Shown: one piece after another, positions 1-9,555 of the stretch
Layout: every line of letters starts with the position of its first letter
How positions within the stretch are numbered: position 1 is the first letter of the stretch
NCBI GenBank assembly: GCA_965219685.1
Contig: CBDCOH010000002.1
Location: 3,712,001 to 3,776,000 of the forward strand
Direction: 5' to 3'
Length of the DNA: 64,000 nt
From: Candidatus Spongiisociaceae bacterium
GTDB taxonomy: Bacteria > Actinomycetota > Acidimicrobiia > Spongiisociales > Spongiisociaceae
Program-made: the position numbers and the translations under genes
The notes under the pieces: model-generated
Database searches by the model: none
What the model was told of the DNA's origin: nothing
The model's input: the letters and a program-made list of their open reading frames with translations, nothing else

Positions 1-5
1 ATCTC

Positions 6-3000
6 GTGGACGGCCTTAAGGGAATCGGGGTGGACGCGCCTGTCCTGATCATGCAGTCCTCCGGTGGCGCGATGACCGCCGCCGACGCGGCCCGGCGACC
101 GGTGTACGCGCTCGAGTCCGGGCCCGCCGCCGGGGTGGTGGCTGCCCAGGGGCTGGCCAGGGAACTGGGAATCGAGAATGCCATCTCCTTCGATATGGGT
201 GGCACCACCGCCAAGGCGTCGCTCATCGAGGAAGGTCGGGTCACTCTCAGCAGGGAGTACGAGGTGGGGGCGGACCTCTCGGTGGGCACGAGGCTGCTGC
301 GAGGCTCCGGGGAGTTGCTGAGGGTGCCGAGCATCGACATCGCCGAGGTCGGGGCGGGCGGAGGGAGTATCGCCTGGGTCGATTCGGCCGGTGGTCTGCA
401 GGTAGGTCCCCGCAGCGCCGGCGCGGTCCCCGGTCCTGCCTGCTACGGCCTGGGAGGTGACGCCCCGACAGTCACCGACGCCAACGTGGTGCTCGGCTAC
501 GTGCGGTCCGGACCGCTCGCCGGGGACGCGGTCTCGATATCGCCCGATCTGGCTCGGCGGGCGGTCGAGACGGTGGCCGATCCGCTCGCCATCCCGCTGG
601 CCGAGGCCGCCCGTGGTGTCCACGATCTGGCCAACGCAAGGATGATGCGGGCTCTCCGGGCCGTGTCGTCCGAACGGGGACGCGATCCCAGGGAGTTCGC
701 GCTGATAGCCTTCGGCGGAGCTGGCCCGATCCACGCCGCCAGCCTGGCCACGGAGTTGGGGATCGACACGGTGGTGGTGCCTCCCAATGCGGGGGTGTTC
801 TCGGCGGCCGGCCTGCTCTACGCCCGGCCCGAGTACCACGACGTACGGTTCTGCGAGTTGGATGCCCGGGATCCGTCGGTCGTCACCACCATTTCCCGAC
901 TCTTCGATGAACTGGAATCGCAACTCGCGTCGAGCATCGCCGGTGGGGTCATCGAGTGGGTTCGGTCGGCCGATGTGCGCTACAAGGGCCAGAGCTTCGA
1001 CATCGAGGTGACGACTACGGACACGGAGATGACCGCGGCGGCGCTGGTGGATCTGGTCGAGGCCTTCGAGGACCGCCACGAGCAACTGTACGGCGTGCGC
1101 AAGGATCCGGATGACCCGATCCAGGTGCGAGCGGTCCGCCTCGCTGCCCTCGGACCCCTACCGCGAACCGGGCGCGTCTCGGAAGGTGAAGTTCGCTCCG
1201 GTCCGAGCCCGGGAACCGGCCGGCCGGATGGCTCTCGCCCTGCTCTCTTCGCCCTCGCCGACGGCTACCTGGACGCCCCGGTACGGAGCCGGAGGGACGA
1301 CGTCGGCCCTGACGGGATGGCCGGTCCGCTCCTCATTGACGAGTACGACACCACGATCGTCGTACCTCCCGGCTGGATCGCCCGGTGGCACGACTCGGGG
1401 GCTCTTTACCTGGCCCGCCAAGAGGTCGGCAAGGCGGCGGTGGAGCACACCGATGTCGTCACCCGCCAGATCGTGGCGAACGCTCTGGCATCGGCAGCGG
1501 ACGAGATGGCCACCACCATCTTCCGGACCGCCCACTCCACCGTGGTCCGGGACGCCATGGACTTCTCGGCCGCTCTTCTCGGTCCCGACGCCCAGACCGT
1601 GGCGCAGGCGGTGACCATCCCCTTCCACCTCGGAGCCGTGCCCACCGCGGTCGCGGCCCTGCTGGCCCGGTTCCGGGACAGGATGCGGCCCGGTGATGTC
1701 TTCATAATGAACGACCCGTTCGACGGCGGGATGCACCTGCCCGATGTCTTCGTCATCAAACCGGTCTACTACGAGGACACCCTCATCGGCTACGGCGTCG
1801 CCACCGCCCACCACGGTGACATCGGCGGCCGCTTGCTCGGCAGCTCCGCGACCGACAACACCGAGGTGTTCCAGGACGGTCTCCGTATCCCGTGGATGCA
1901 CCTGTACAAGGAGGGACGCCCGGTGGAGGAGGTCCACGCCCTCATCAGGGCCAATGTGCGCGTGCCCCACATGTTGTTCGGGGATCTCGGCGCGCAGGTG
2001 GCTGCCTGCTCGGTGGGCGAACGGGCGTTGCAGGCCATGGTCGAGCGGTACGGGATCGAGCGGTTGGCCGAATTGATGGACGGGCTCATCGACTACACCG
2101 AGGCTCTGATGCGCCGGGAGATCTCCTCCTGGCCCGACGGGACCGCCAGCTTCACCGACTACATGGACTCCGACGGCATCGAGAGCCGCGATGTGGCCAT
2201 CAGCGTGAAGGTGACGATCGACCGCGACGAGGTAGAGGTCGATCTCTCAGACTCGGACCCCATGGTGGCCGGCTCTCTCAACGCCACCCGTTCCTTCATC
2301 ATCGCTACCGCGTACCACTGCGTCATGTCAGCGTCCGCTTCGGAGTTCCCCAACACCGCAGGGGCCTTCCGCCCGGTGCGCATCGTCACCAAGCCTGGGA
2401 CCGTCACCCACGCGGTCTATCCGGGCGCGAACTCGATGAGGGGCGTCACCGGCTTCCGGGCGTTCGACGCCATCAACGGCGCCCTGGCCCAGCTGGTTCC
2501 GGACCGGGTTCCCGCTGCGGGGGAGGGCGGAAACACCGTGGTGATACTCGGGGGTCATCACGAGGACGGGGAGCCGTTCGTCTACTTCGAGTTGCTGGTC
2601 GGCACCTGGGGAGCCACACCCGGGAACGACGGGAACGACGGGCTCAGCAACCCGATCGCCACGGCGGCCAACGTCCCGATCGAGGTCGCCGAGGCCGAGT
2701 TCCCGATCATCATCGAGCGGTACGGCCTGGTTCCCGACAGCGGAGGCGCCGGCCTCCACCGTGGAGGCCTGGGTCTCCAGAAGTCGTGGCGACCGCTGGT
2801 GCCCACTTCCCTGCTGATCCGATCCGACCGACAGCGCCACCCGCCCTTCGGCCTGATGGGCGGAGCGCCGGGCGGCTTTTCCAGCAACACCGTCTACCGG
2901 CTGTCCGGGGATGAACAGGTGTTTCCGCCCATGTTCAGCGACGGTCTCGCCGCCGGCGAGCGATACCACCATGTCCAAGCGGGCGGGGGCGGCTGGGGAG

Positions 3001-3161
3001 ATCCCATGGAGCGGGATCCCGAGCGGGTGGCCGACGACGTGCGGAACGGGAAAGTCGATCGCAGAGCGGCGCTGCGTTACTACGGGGTGGTCCTCGACGA
3101 TGGATACTCGGTGGATGCGAAGGCCACCGCCTCCGCCCGCCTGGAGATGAGGTACCGGTGA
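6..3161 (+). CDS. Fused hydantoinase A/B (5-oxoprolinase / N-methylhydantoinase-like), 5' end outside the window
   Basis: HyuA motifs ESGPAAG, DMGGTTAKAS, IGAGGGS-like and GPACYG, followed by HyuB motifs RTAHSTVVRDAMDFS, NDPFDGGMHLPD and GGGGWGDP. Confidence 0.9.
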   Translation: MDGLKGIGVDAPVLIMQSSGGAMTAADAARRPVYALESGPAAGVVAAQGLARELGIENAISFDMGGTTAKASLIEEGRVTLSREYEVGADLSVGTRLLRGSGELLRVPSIDIAEVGAGGGSIAWVDSAGGLQVGPRSAGAVPGPACYGLGGDAPTVTDANVVLGYVRSGPLAGDAVSISPDLARRAVETVADPLAIPLAEAARGVHDLANARMMRALRAVSSERGRDPREFALIAFGGAGPIHAASLATELGIDTVVVPPNAGVFSAAGLLYARPEYHDVRFCELDARDPSVVTTISRLFDELESQLASSIAGGVIEWVRSADVRYKGQSFDIEVTTTDTEMTAAALVDLVEAFEDRHEQLYGVRKDPDDPIQVRAVRLAALGPLPRTGRVSEGEVRSGPSPGTGRPDGSRPALFALADGYLDAPVRSRRDDVGPDGMAGPLLIDEYDTTIVVPPGWIARWHDSGALYLARQEVGKAAVEHTDVVTRQIVANALASAADEMATTIFRTAHSTVVRDAMDFSAALLGPDAQTVAQAVTIPFHLGAVPTAVAALLARFRDRMRPGDVFIMNDPFDGGMHLPDVFVIKPVYYEDTLIGYGVATAHHGDIGGRLLGSSATDNTEVFQDGLRIPWMHLYKEGRPVEEVHALIRANVRVPHMLFGDLGAQVAACSVGERALQAMVERYGIERLAELMDGLIDYTEALMRREISSWPDGTASFTDYMDSDGIESRDVAISVKVTIDRDEVEVDLSDSDPMVAGSLNATRSFIIATAYHCVMSASASEFPNTAGAFRPVRIVTKPGTVTHAVYPGANSMRGVTGFRAFDAINGALAQLVPDRVPAAGEGGNTVVILGGHHEDGEPFVYFELLVGTWGATPGNDGNDGLSNPIATAANVPIEVAEAEFPIIIERYGLVPDSGGAGLHRGGLGLQKSWRPLVPTSLLIRSDRQRHPPFGLMGGAPGGFSSNTVYRLSGDEQVFPPMFSDGLAAGERYHHVQAGGGGWGDPMERDPERVADDVRNGKVDRRAALRYYGVVLDDGYSVDAKATASARLEMRYR

Positions 3162-3240
3162 TTGGTATAGAGCCGCTAACGGTTGCGTACACAGGTGGTA
3201 CGGCGGTAGGTTGACTGCTGATCGGAGGAGAAGAGCGACG

Positions 3241-4017
3241 ATGGACTTCAGCGGGAATGGCATGGTAAAGCTGGACGTACAGGACATCTCGATCTACTTC
3301 GATGATCTGCATGTTCTCGACAACATTTCCTTCCAACTCTCGGAAGGGGACTTTGTCTCACTCCTCGGTCCGAGCGGGTGCGGGAAGTCGACGCTTCTCA
3401 ACCTCGTCGCGGGTCTGCTGACCCCAACGGGGGGCACCATCAGCCGGGACGGGAGACCGGTGACGGGTCCGGGTCCCGACCGCAGCATGGTGTTCCAAGA
3501 CGATGCCGTCTTCCCCTGGTACACCGTGGTCCAGAACGTCGAATACGGTCTCAGGGTCAAGGGAGTCGAGAAGACGGAGCGGCGCGTGAAGGCTCAGGGC
3601 TTCATCGACCTGGTGGGGCTGACCGGAAGGGAGGACGCGTATCCGTACCAGTTGTCCGGCGGGATGCGCAAGCGGGTGGACGTGGCCAGAGCGCTGGCCG
3701 CCGAGCCTGATGTCTTGCTGATGGATGAGCCCTTCGCCTCCTTGGACGCCATGACCAAAACCCGTCTCCAAGTCGAGTTCCTGCGTATCTGGGAGAACTC
3801 GCGGGCAACCGTTCTTTTCGTCACGCACGATGTGGAGGAAGCGCTGTACATGAGTGAGCGGGTGTTCGTGATGTCCACCGGACCCGGCCGGCTGTTCCAC
3901 CAGACCGATGTTCCGTTTCCTCACCCCAGGGACGAGTCGCTCCGCACCAGCACTGCCTTCCAGGATCACCGCGCCGAACTCATAGACGCGCTCCACCGGG
4001 CAGGCGCGCAGTTCTAA
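3241..4017 (+). CDS. ABC transporter ATP-binding protein, SsuB/TauB-like
   Basis: Walker A GPSGCGKST, LSGGMRKR, LLMDEPF, VTHD. Confidence 0.92.
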   Translation: MDFSGNGMVKLDVQDISIYFDDLHVLDNISFQLSEGDFVSLLGPSGCGKSTLLNLVAGLLTPTGGTISRDGRPVTGPGPDRSMVFQDDAVFPWYTVVQNVEYGLRVKGVEKTERRVKAQGFIDLVGLTGREDAYPYQLSGGMRKRVDVARALAAEPDVLLMDEPFASLDAMTKTRLQVEFLRIWENSRATVLFVTHDVEEALYMSERVFVMSTGPGRLFHQTDVPFPHPRDESLRTSTAFQDHRAELIDALHRAGAQF

Positions 4018-4076
4018 TGGTCCGCCTGCGAATGCCAAGCGACCGTTTGCACAGAGGCCACTAGCCAGGAGAGGAG

Positions 4077-5135
4077 TTGAAGATGGGGATGGTCCGCACC
4101 GTTCTGGGCGAGATCCCGCCGGAGGATCTAGGAGTCACCCTCAGCCACGAGCACATCATCATCGACAGCGGCGACCTGTTCTGGGAGCCTCCCGGTCCCG
4201 ACGATCCGTCCGAGGTACAGGCTCTGGCCGAGGCCCCGGTGACCCGGGATTCCTACGAGATTCTCGCCGAGCGGCCCTACATATCCCGGGACAACCTCAA
4301 CATGACCGAACTCGACGTGGCGATCCGGGAACTTCAGATGTATGCCGACGCCGGCGGGCAGAGCATCATCGACGTGAGCGGCAAGATACCGGGTTGGTGG
4401 CCGGACGCCCTCGCGGAGGCCAGCCGCGCCACCGGCCTCAACGTGGTGGCCTCGACCGGGTGGTACATCGCACCCTCCCACCCACCGGGTCATGCCACGG
4501 CGTCGGTCGGCGAACTGGCCGAGATGCTCATCAACGACATCGAGGTGGGCATCCAGGGAACCGACATCCGGGCCGGCGTCATCGGCGAGTTGGGCATGTG
4601 CGAGCCCCTGCATCCCCAGGAGGAGAAGGTCCTCCGCGCCGGGGGGAGAGCCCAGGCCGCCACGGGGGTTCCTCTCACCGTTCACCCGATGGTCTTCATG
4701 AAGGAGGCCCATCGCTACATCGACATCCTCGAGGAGGAGGGCGCCAACCTCGACAAGGTGTACATGAGCCACATGGACGGCAGTTGCCCCGACTACAAGT
4801 ACCACGAGTCGGTGATGGATCGGGGCGTGTCGATCGACTACGACCTGTTCCGGGGAACGCCCTGGAACGACTCCCACCTGCTGTTCGGTGGCGACCACTG
4901 GGTCTCGGACCGCGAACGGGTCGAGACCCTGGCCCGGATGTGCGCCGACGGCTACAGCAACCAGTTGATGCTGGCCCACGACAACTGCTTGAAGATCCAC
5001 TTCGTGGAGTACGGCGGCAAGGGCTATGCCTACATCCTCAAGGAGATCGTGCCGCAGCTACGCGAGTTGGGGGTGACGGAGGACCAGATCGACGACATGC
5101 TGGTGAAGAACCCCCGGCGGATCTTCGCGGTCTAG
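4077..5135 (+). CDS. Phosphotriesterase-related protein (Php/PTER-like)
   Basis: TLSHEH, STGWY, GVIGELG, SHMD, AHD, C-terminal NPRRIF. Confidence 0.9.
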   Translation: MKMGMVRTVLGEIPPEDLGVTLSHEHIIIDSGDLFWEPPGPDDPSEVQALAEAPVTRDSYEILAERPYISRDNLNMTELDVAIRELQMYADAGGQSIIDVSGKIPGWWPDALAEASRATGLNVVASTGWYIAPSHPPGHATASVGELAEMLINDIEVGIQGTDIRAGVIGELGMCEPLHPQEEKVLRAGGRAQAATGVPLTVHPMVFMKEAHRYIDILEEEGANLDKVYMSHMDGSCPDYKYHESVMDRGVSIDYDLFRGTPWNDSHLLFGGDHWVSDRERVETLARMCADGYSNQLMLAHDNCLKIHFVEYGGKGYAYILKEIVPQLRELGVTEDQIDDMLVKNPRRIFAV

Positions 5136-5166
5136 ACCTGGACGGATTGCTGACGAAGGAGGCGAC

Positions 5167-5544
5167 GTGAACCTGGGAGCGGTACTGCTCTATGCGGATG
5201 ATTTCGAGGCGATGCTCGCCTTCTACCGGGACGTCCTCGGTCTGGAAGTCATCGAGATCAACCCCGGACCCGAGTACGACGAGGGGGTCGACTTCGTTTT
5301 CCTCGACGCCGGCGGACCGGGGGTGGAGATCTTCGACCGGTCGGTCCACCCCGCCGAACTCCCGATGGCGGTCGGGGGATCGGTACGCGCCGCCTTCCAG
5401 GTGGACGACCTCAACGCCACCCGCGACGGCCTCATGGCCCGCGGGATCGCAGTGGGCGAGTTCGTTAACCGCCAATGGGGCCGCTACGTGGAACTTTGCG
5501 ATCCGGAGGACAACCCCTTGGTCATCTTCCAGGTTGCCGGCTGA
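5167..5544 (+). CDS. VOC/glyoxalase family protein
   Basis: FYRDVLGL, FQVDDL, WGRYVELCDPEDN. Confidence 0.85.
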   Translation: MNLGAVLLYADDFEAMLAFYRDVLGLEVIEINPGPEYDEGVDFVFLDAGGPGVEIFDRSVHPAELPMAVGGSVRAAFQVDDLNATRDGLMARGIAVGEFVNRQWGRYVELCDPEDNPLVIFQVAG

Positions 5545-5546
5545 GC

Positions 5547-5574
5547 CTGGCGGCTGGCGGCTGGTGGCTGGCGG
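5547..5574. repeat. Four copies of heptamer CTGGYGG at the edge of the higBA module
   Basis: ctggcgg ctggcgg ctggtgg ctggcgg read directly. Confidence 0.8.
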
Positions 5575-5588
5575 GTATCGGTGTCGCT

Positions 5589-5879
5589 CTACAGGACCGC
5601 CGTCAGGCGCTCGACCTTGATGTGATCAGCCTTCTGCATCGCTCGGGCGAGGTCGTAGGCCGCCTGGAGTCGGTACCAGGTGTCAGGGCCTCCTCCGAAT
5701 GCCTTGTCGAGCCGGATCGCCATCTCGGGCGAAATGCCTGACCGGCAGTTGACCACATCCGACAACTGTTTGCGACTGACCCCCAGCTTCCTCGCCGCTT
5801 CGGTGACACTGAGACCGAGCGGCTCCAGGCAATCGTGGCGAACGGACAGTCCGGGGTGGGGTGGATCCTTCATAGGCAT
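5589..5879 (-). CDS. higA: HigA-family antitoxin (HTH)
   Basis: [10 protein letters not shown]...[18 protein letters not shown]...ISPEMAIRL...[10 protein letters not shown]; RBS GGAGG upstream. Confidence 0.92.
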   Translation of the reverse strand: MPMKDPPHPGLSVRHDCLEPLGLSVTEAARKLGVSRKQLSDVVNCRSGISPEMAIRLDKAFGGGPDTWYRLQAAYDLARAMQKADHIKVERLTAVL

Positions 5880-5892
5880 GTCGTCTCCTCCT

Positions 5893-6172
5893 TCAGTGGT
5901 AGTCGACCAGGTCGACGTCGGTCGCGTGGAGGCCCTCAAACCGGCACACGATCCGCCAGTTGGCGGACACCCTTACGGACCAGTAACCGGAGCGGTCCCC
6001 TTTCAACGGATGGAGCCGGAAACCGGGAAGATCCATGTTCAATGGGGCCGGTCGCCTGATCGAGACGCGCCAAGATCCGTTCGACCTTGGAAACGTGCGC
6101 GGGCGGCATGCGGTGTCGGTCTCCCCTTTCGTAGAGCAGTTTCAGGCCCCCGTGCCGGAAGTGGATGATCAC
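5893..6172 (-). pseudogene. higB: HigB toxin (RelE/ParE superfamily) with a +1 frameshift
   Basis: N-half IIHFRHGGLKLLYERG...ILARLDQA; C-half in another frame [47 protein letters not shown]; shift near the G4 run at 6044-6047. Confidence 0.85.
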
Positions 6173-6178
6173 CCGGGT

Positions 6179-6207
6179 AGTGTAACGTGTCACCACTCAG
6201 GTGACAA
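6179..6207 (-). promoter_or_regulatory. higBA promoter (TTGTCA-17bp-TACACT, leaderless GTG) overlapped by a palindromic operator TGTCACC-N5-GGTGACA
   Basis: Motifs read directly; perfect inverted repeat at 6188-6206; start codon 6 nt after the -10 box. Confidence 0.7.
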
Positions 6208-6394
6208 TAGTATCCGAGATTGCCCATCCAACCTCGAAGCTGAGGGAGTCCTGCGGCGGCTCCTTGGTCATCTTGGGGGGCAGAAGCCTGAACTTGGCAG
6301 CTCGCGGCCAGCCGGTCAACGGTGCAATTGGCAGGCTGTCCCGACAGTAGCGGGGTTATAGTTCGCGAGCGGCGGCGGTTCCGGGAGGTCGGCA

Positions 6395-7345
6395 ATGATT
6401 GAGCAGTTCACCGACGAGCAGATTCAGCAGTACCGCGACGACGGGTTCCTGATCGTGGAGAACCTGATCGACATGGACGCGGTTATGGAACTGCGGGAGA
6501 GGTACGACCGCATCTTCGACGGGCAGCACGATCTGGTCAACTGGCCGGACGAGTACTACTGGCAGAAGGGTCGGGATCCGGTGGACGCCCACCGGGTGCT
6601 GGCCGGGCTGTGGCGGACCGACCCGGTGGTGGCCAAGCACACCTTCGGTGGGCCGTTCGGCAAGCTGGCGTGCCAGTTGGAAGGCGCCTCGAGCGCCCGC
6701 CTCTGGGCCGATGTCGCCATGTACAAGCCGGAGGGGGGCAAGCCCTTCGACATCCACCAGGACGCGGCCTTCATGTGCTGGGTCGACCCGGTTTGGAACT
6801 GGACGTGCTGGATCGCCCTCGACGACACCTACGCCGATGGGGGCACCCTCGTCTACGTCCGGGGGAGCCACAAGTGGGGGCCGCAGCCGGCGCCCGGCAC
6901 CACCCAGATCTCCCGGGACACGATGGAGGGGTGGACCGACTACGTACAGCAGTTCGCGCCCGAGGGTGCGGAAGTGGAGTTGGTCCCCCTGGTCTTCGGG
7001 GCCGGATCGGCCGCATTCCATACCGGCTGGATATGGCACGGCAGCGGGCCCAACACCCGGCCGGGGAACATCCGGCGGTCCTACAGCGTTCACATGATCC
7101 CGGCCACCTCCACGCACCATCCCCGGATCCGGCACCGCGCCTACAGCCGCTACTTCGCTCCTGGCCAGACACAGTTCGACGACAACTTCTTCCCGGTTCT
7201 CTGGTCGGAGGACGGCTACCGGAGCCCGTGGCTGGACGAGTACGCCGCCCAGGAGATCCCGATCGACGCCTTCTCCTCCGATGCCGTGCTCACCCTCGGC
7301 GACGACGGGATCAATGTCGAGCCGTGGGCGACCGCCGCGGGTTGA
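6395..7345 (+). CDS. Phytanoyl-CoA dioxygenase (PhyH) family Fe/2OG oxygenase
   Basis: YRDDGFL, HQD, WIALDD...GTL..VRGSH, WHGSGPN. Confidence 0.88.
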   Translation: MIEQFTDEQIQQYRDDGFLIVENLIDMDAVMELRERYDRIFDGQHDLVNWPDEYYWQKGRDPVDAHRVLAGLWRTDPVVAKHTFGGPFGKLACQLEGASSARLWADVAMYKPEGGKPFDIHQDAAFMCWVDPVWNWTCWIALDDTYADGGTLVYVRGSHKWGPQPAPGTTQISRDTMEGWTDYVQQFAPEGAEVELVPLVFGAGSAAFHTGWIWHGSGPNTRPGNIRRSYSVHMIPATSTHHPRIRHRAYSRYFAPGQTQFDDNFFPVLWSEDGYRSPWLDEYAAQEIPIDAFSSDAVLTLGDDGINVEPWATAAG

Positions 7346-7409
7346 AGGGTCCGGTAGCCGCCGTTCGAGCATGAGCGCCGCTGCACGCGGGTAGTCGGCC
7401 GGCGGGGAC

Positions 7410-8627
7410 ATGTTCGCGAGGGGTCTCCGCTGCACCAGGTGCCGGGCCGAGTGGGACCTCGGCCCCTACTTCCGGGGATGTCCTAGCTGCCATGACGCCC
7501 TCGAGGTGGTCTACAAGGAGGCCGCGGTCCGCTCGGTTGTCTCCTTGGAGATGTGGGCCCGGCGGCCCGCGTCGGTGTGGCGTTTCGCCGAACTCCTCCC
7601 CCTCCGGGCCGGTGGGGAGAGGGTGACGCTCGGTGAGGGCGGCACGCCGATGATCCAGCTTCCCAGGTCGGAGGAGAACCCGCTTCCGTTCCTCTACCTG
7701 CAGAACGAGACCGTGAACCCGACCTACGCATTCAAGGACCGGTTTCACGCGGTGTCGGTCTCGATGGCGCGCCAGTTCGGGTTCGACCGGGTCGTGTGCT
7801 CGACCACCGGGAACCACGGGATGAGCGCCGCGGCATACGCGGCCCGGGCCCGGATGAGGTGCGTCGTGCTGGCCGACCCCCGTGCTCCGATGGTGCAGCG
7901 GGACTGGATGCGCCTGTTCGGGGCCACGGTGATCGTGGAGATGAACCGCAAACCTCCCCTCCAGGCCTTCGTCGAGGAGCACGGCTGGTACCCGTCGACG
8001 TACATGACCCCGATGCCGGTCTCGACGCCGTACGGGGTGGAGGGGTACAAGACCATGGCCTACGAGGCGGTACTCGCCCTGGGGCGGGCACCGGATCACT
8101 ACCTGTTCCCGGTGGCGGCGGGCGACGGGCTGTACGGTCCGTGGAAGGGCTTCCAGGAGTTGTACCGGCTGGGTCTCATCAAGGCCCTTCCCCGCGTGCA
8201 CGGGGTGCAGGCGGCAGGCGCCAACCCGATCGTGGAGGCCATCGGGCAGGGCTTGGACGATGTCCCCGTGCACCCCGGTCCTGACACTGTGGCGCTCTCG
8301 ATCGCCGACGACACGGGAGGGCGGATCGCTCTCCAGGCAATCCGCGACTCGGGAGGCACCGCGGTCGAGGTCACCGACGCGGCGATCATCGAGGCCCTCC
8401 ATCGGGCGGCCAGGGTAGGGATGAGCCCCGAGCCGGCCTCGGCCGCCGCCCTGGCCGGGGCTTGGAGACTGGCCGAGCAAGGGATAATCGAGCCCGGAGA
8501 TTTCGTGGTGTGTTGCATAACGGGCGCAGGACCGAAGTGGCCAGGGGTAATGTCGGGTCGGGTTCCGGGCGAGGAACTCGTCAACCCGGGACGGGCCGCT
8601 CTGCACAGGCTGATGACGGGACGCTGA
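7410..8627 (+). CDS. Threonine synthase-like PLP-dependent enzyme
   Basis: N-terminal CxxC..CxxC, TLGEGGTP, NPTYAFKDR, TGNHG, EGYKTMAYE, EPASAAA. Confidence 0.85.
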   Translation: MFARGLRCTRCRAEWDLGPYFRGCPSCHDALEVVYKEAAVRSVVSLEMWARRPASVWRFAELLPLRAGGERVTLGEGGTPMIQLPRSEENPLPFLYLQNETVNPTYAFKDRFHAVSVSMARQFGFDRVVCSTTGNHGMSAAAYAARARMRCVVLADPRAPMVQRDWMRLFGATVIVEMNRKPPLQAFVEEHGWYPSTYMTPMPVSTPYGVEGYKTMAYEAVLALGRAPDHYLFPVAAGDGLYGPWKGFQELYRLGLIKALPRVHGVQAAGANPIVEAIGQGLDDVPVHPGPDTVALSIADDTGGRIALQAIRDSGGTAVEVTDAAIIEALHRAARVGMSPEPASAAALAGAWRLAEQGIIEPGDFVVCCITGAGPKWPGVMSGRVPGEELVNPGRAALHRLMTGR

Positions 8628-8651
8628 CCGGACGCGCGAGGAGTTGATGCA

Positions 8652-9461
8652 ATGACATCCACCGTTGAAGAGCTGATCACCTTCTTCCGTTCGGACTACT
8701 GGGCGGAGCACATCGAGTTGATGCACCGTCCCGACATAACCCTCCACGAGGTGATGCTGGCGACCAGCGTCCACCCCGTGACTCTCGAGTTCCTGTTCGA
8801 GCGCTACATCGCCGCGGCCGGCAAGAACGTCGTCAACGTGGGCCATGCTGTGGTCGGCAACAGAGGCCTGATCAAGTACTACACGTCGGACCGACCTTCG
8901 TTCTTCCTCATGTGGACCTACGGTGACGAGGCCCTGATCGGTCCGGACCCCGACGGCAGGACCGTCCTACTGGACGACGACGGTGAGCAGTCCTACCTGG
9001 ACGACATCGAGCCGAGAAGGATCTCCGACTCGGACCACGACGTCATCGACCGTTACTTCGCCTCCGAACACTGGGACGAGATGCTCGCAAAGTTTCGGGA
9101 TCCGGACATCGAGCACTTCCACGACTACCTGCTCACCGATATACACCCCTACGACTTGGCGGAGCGGTGCAACGCAGCGATAGCGGATGCCGGTTACGGA
9201 GAGGTCGAGCCGTACTACCTGGCGAGGCCGGACATCGGCTCGATGTGGATCGGTTACGCCCCGCCCGGCACCAAGTCGATGGAGTTCGTGGCGACCCACA
9301 CGCCGGGAGCCGTTTTGGAACCGCAGGAGTTGACCGCCGAGGACCGAGCCTACGGAGGTGACGGTTTCACTATCACCCAGATGAGGGAGTTCGTAGCCAA
9401 GGACCCCTACCGGCCGGTGACCCTCAGCGAAGCGCGAGCCGTCCTCGCAGAAGTCCTGTAG
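8652..9461 (+). CDS. Hypothetical protein with an internal two-fold repeat (paralog of 21334-22149)
   Basis: RBS GAGGAG; clear similarity to 21334-22149 along its length. Confidence 0.8.
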   Translation: MTSTVEELITFFRSDYWAEHIELMHRPDITLHEVMLATSVHPVTLEFLFERYIAAAGKNVVNVGHAVVGNRGLIKYYTSDRPSFFLMWTYGDEALIGPDPDGRTVLLDDDGEQSYLDDIEPRRISDSDHDVIDRYFASEHWDEMLAKFRDPDIEHFHDYLLTDIHPYDLAERCNAAIADAGYGEVEPYYLARPDIGSMWIGYAPPGTKSMEFVATHTPGAVLEPQELTAEDRAYGGDGFTITQMREFVAKDPYRPVTLSEARAVLAEVL

Positions 9462-9555
9462 GAGGGATTCACCCTCCGAGACACTTGTACATCGACGAAA
9501 TACAAAACCGTTGGTGGCCGTCTAGTGTCGGGGTAAGCATGGAGGGGAGGTTGCC

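Noticed and set aside
7311-8846. Long antisense ORFs (also 21810-22841, 38887-40137 and many others)
   Set aside because: Shadow ORFs of GC-rich coding genes with no family motifs.
9485-9505. TTGTA-N11-TACAA inverted repeat upstream of the PTE gene
   Set aside because: Could be an operator, but it is short, I found no convincing second copy, and there is no cognate regulator in the window.
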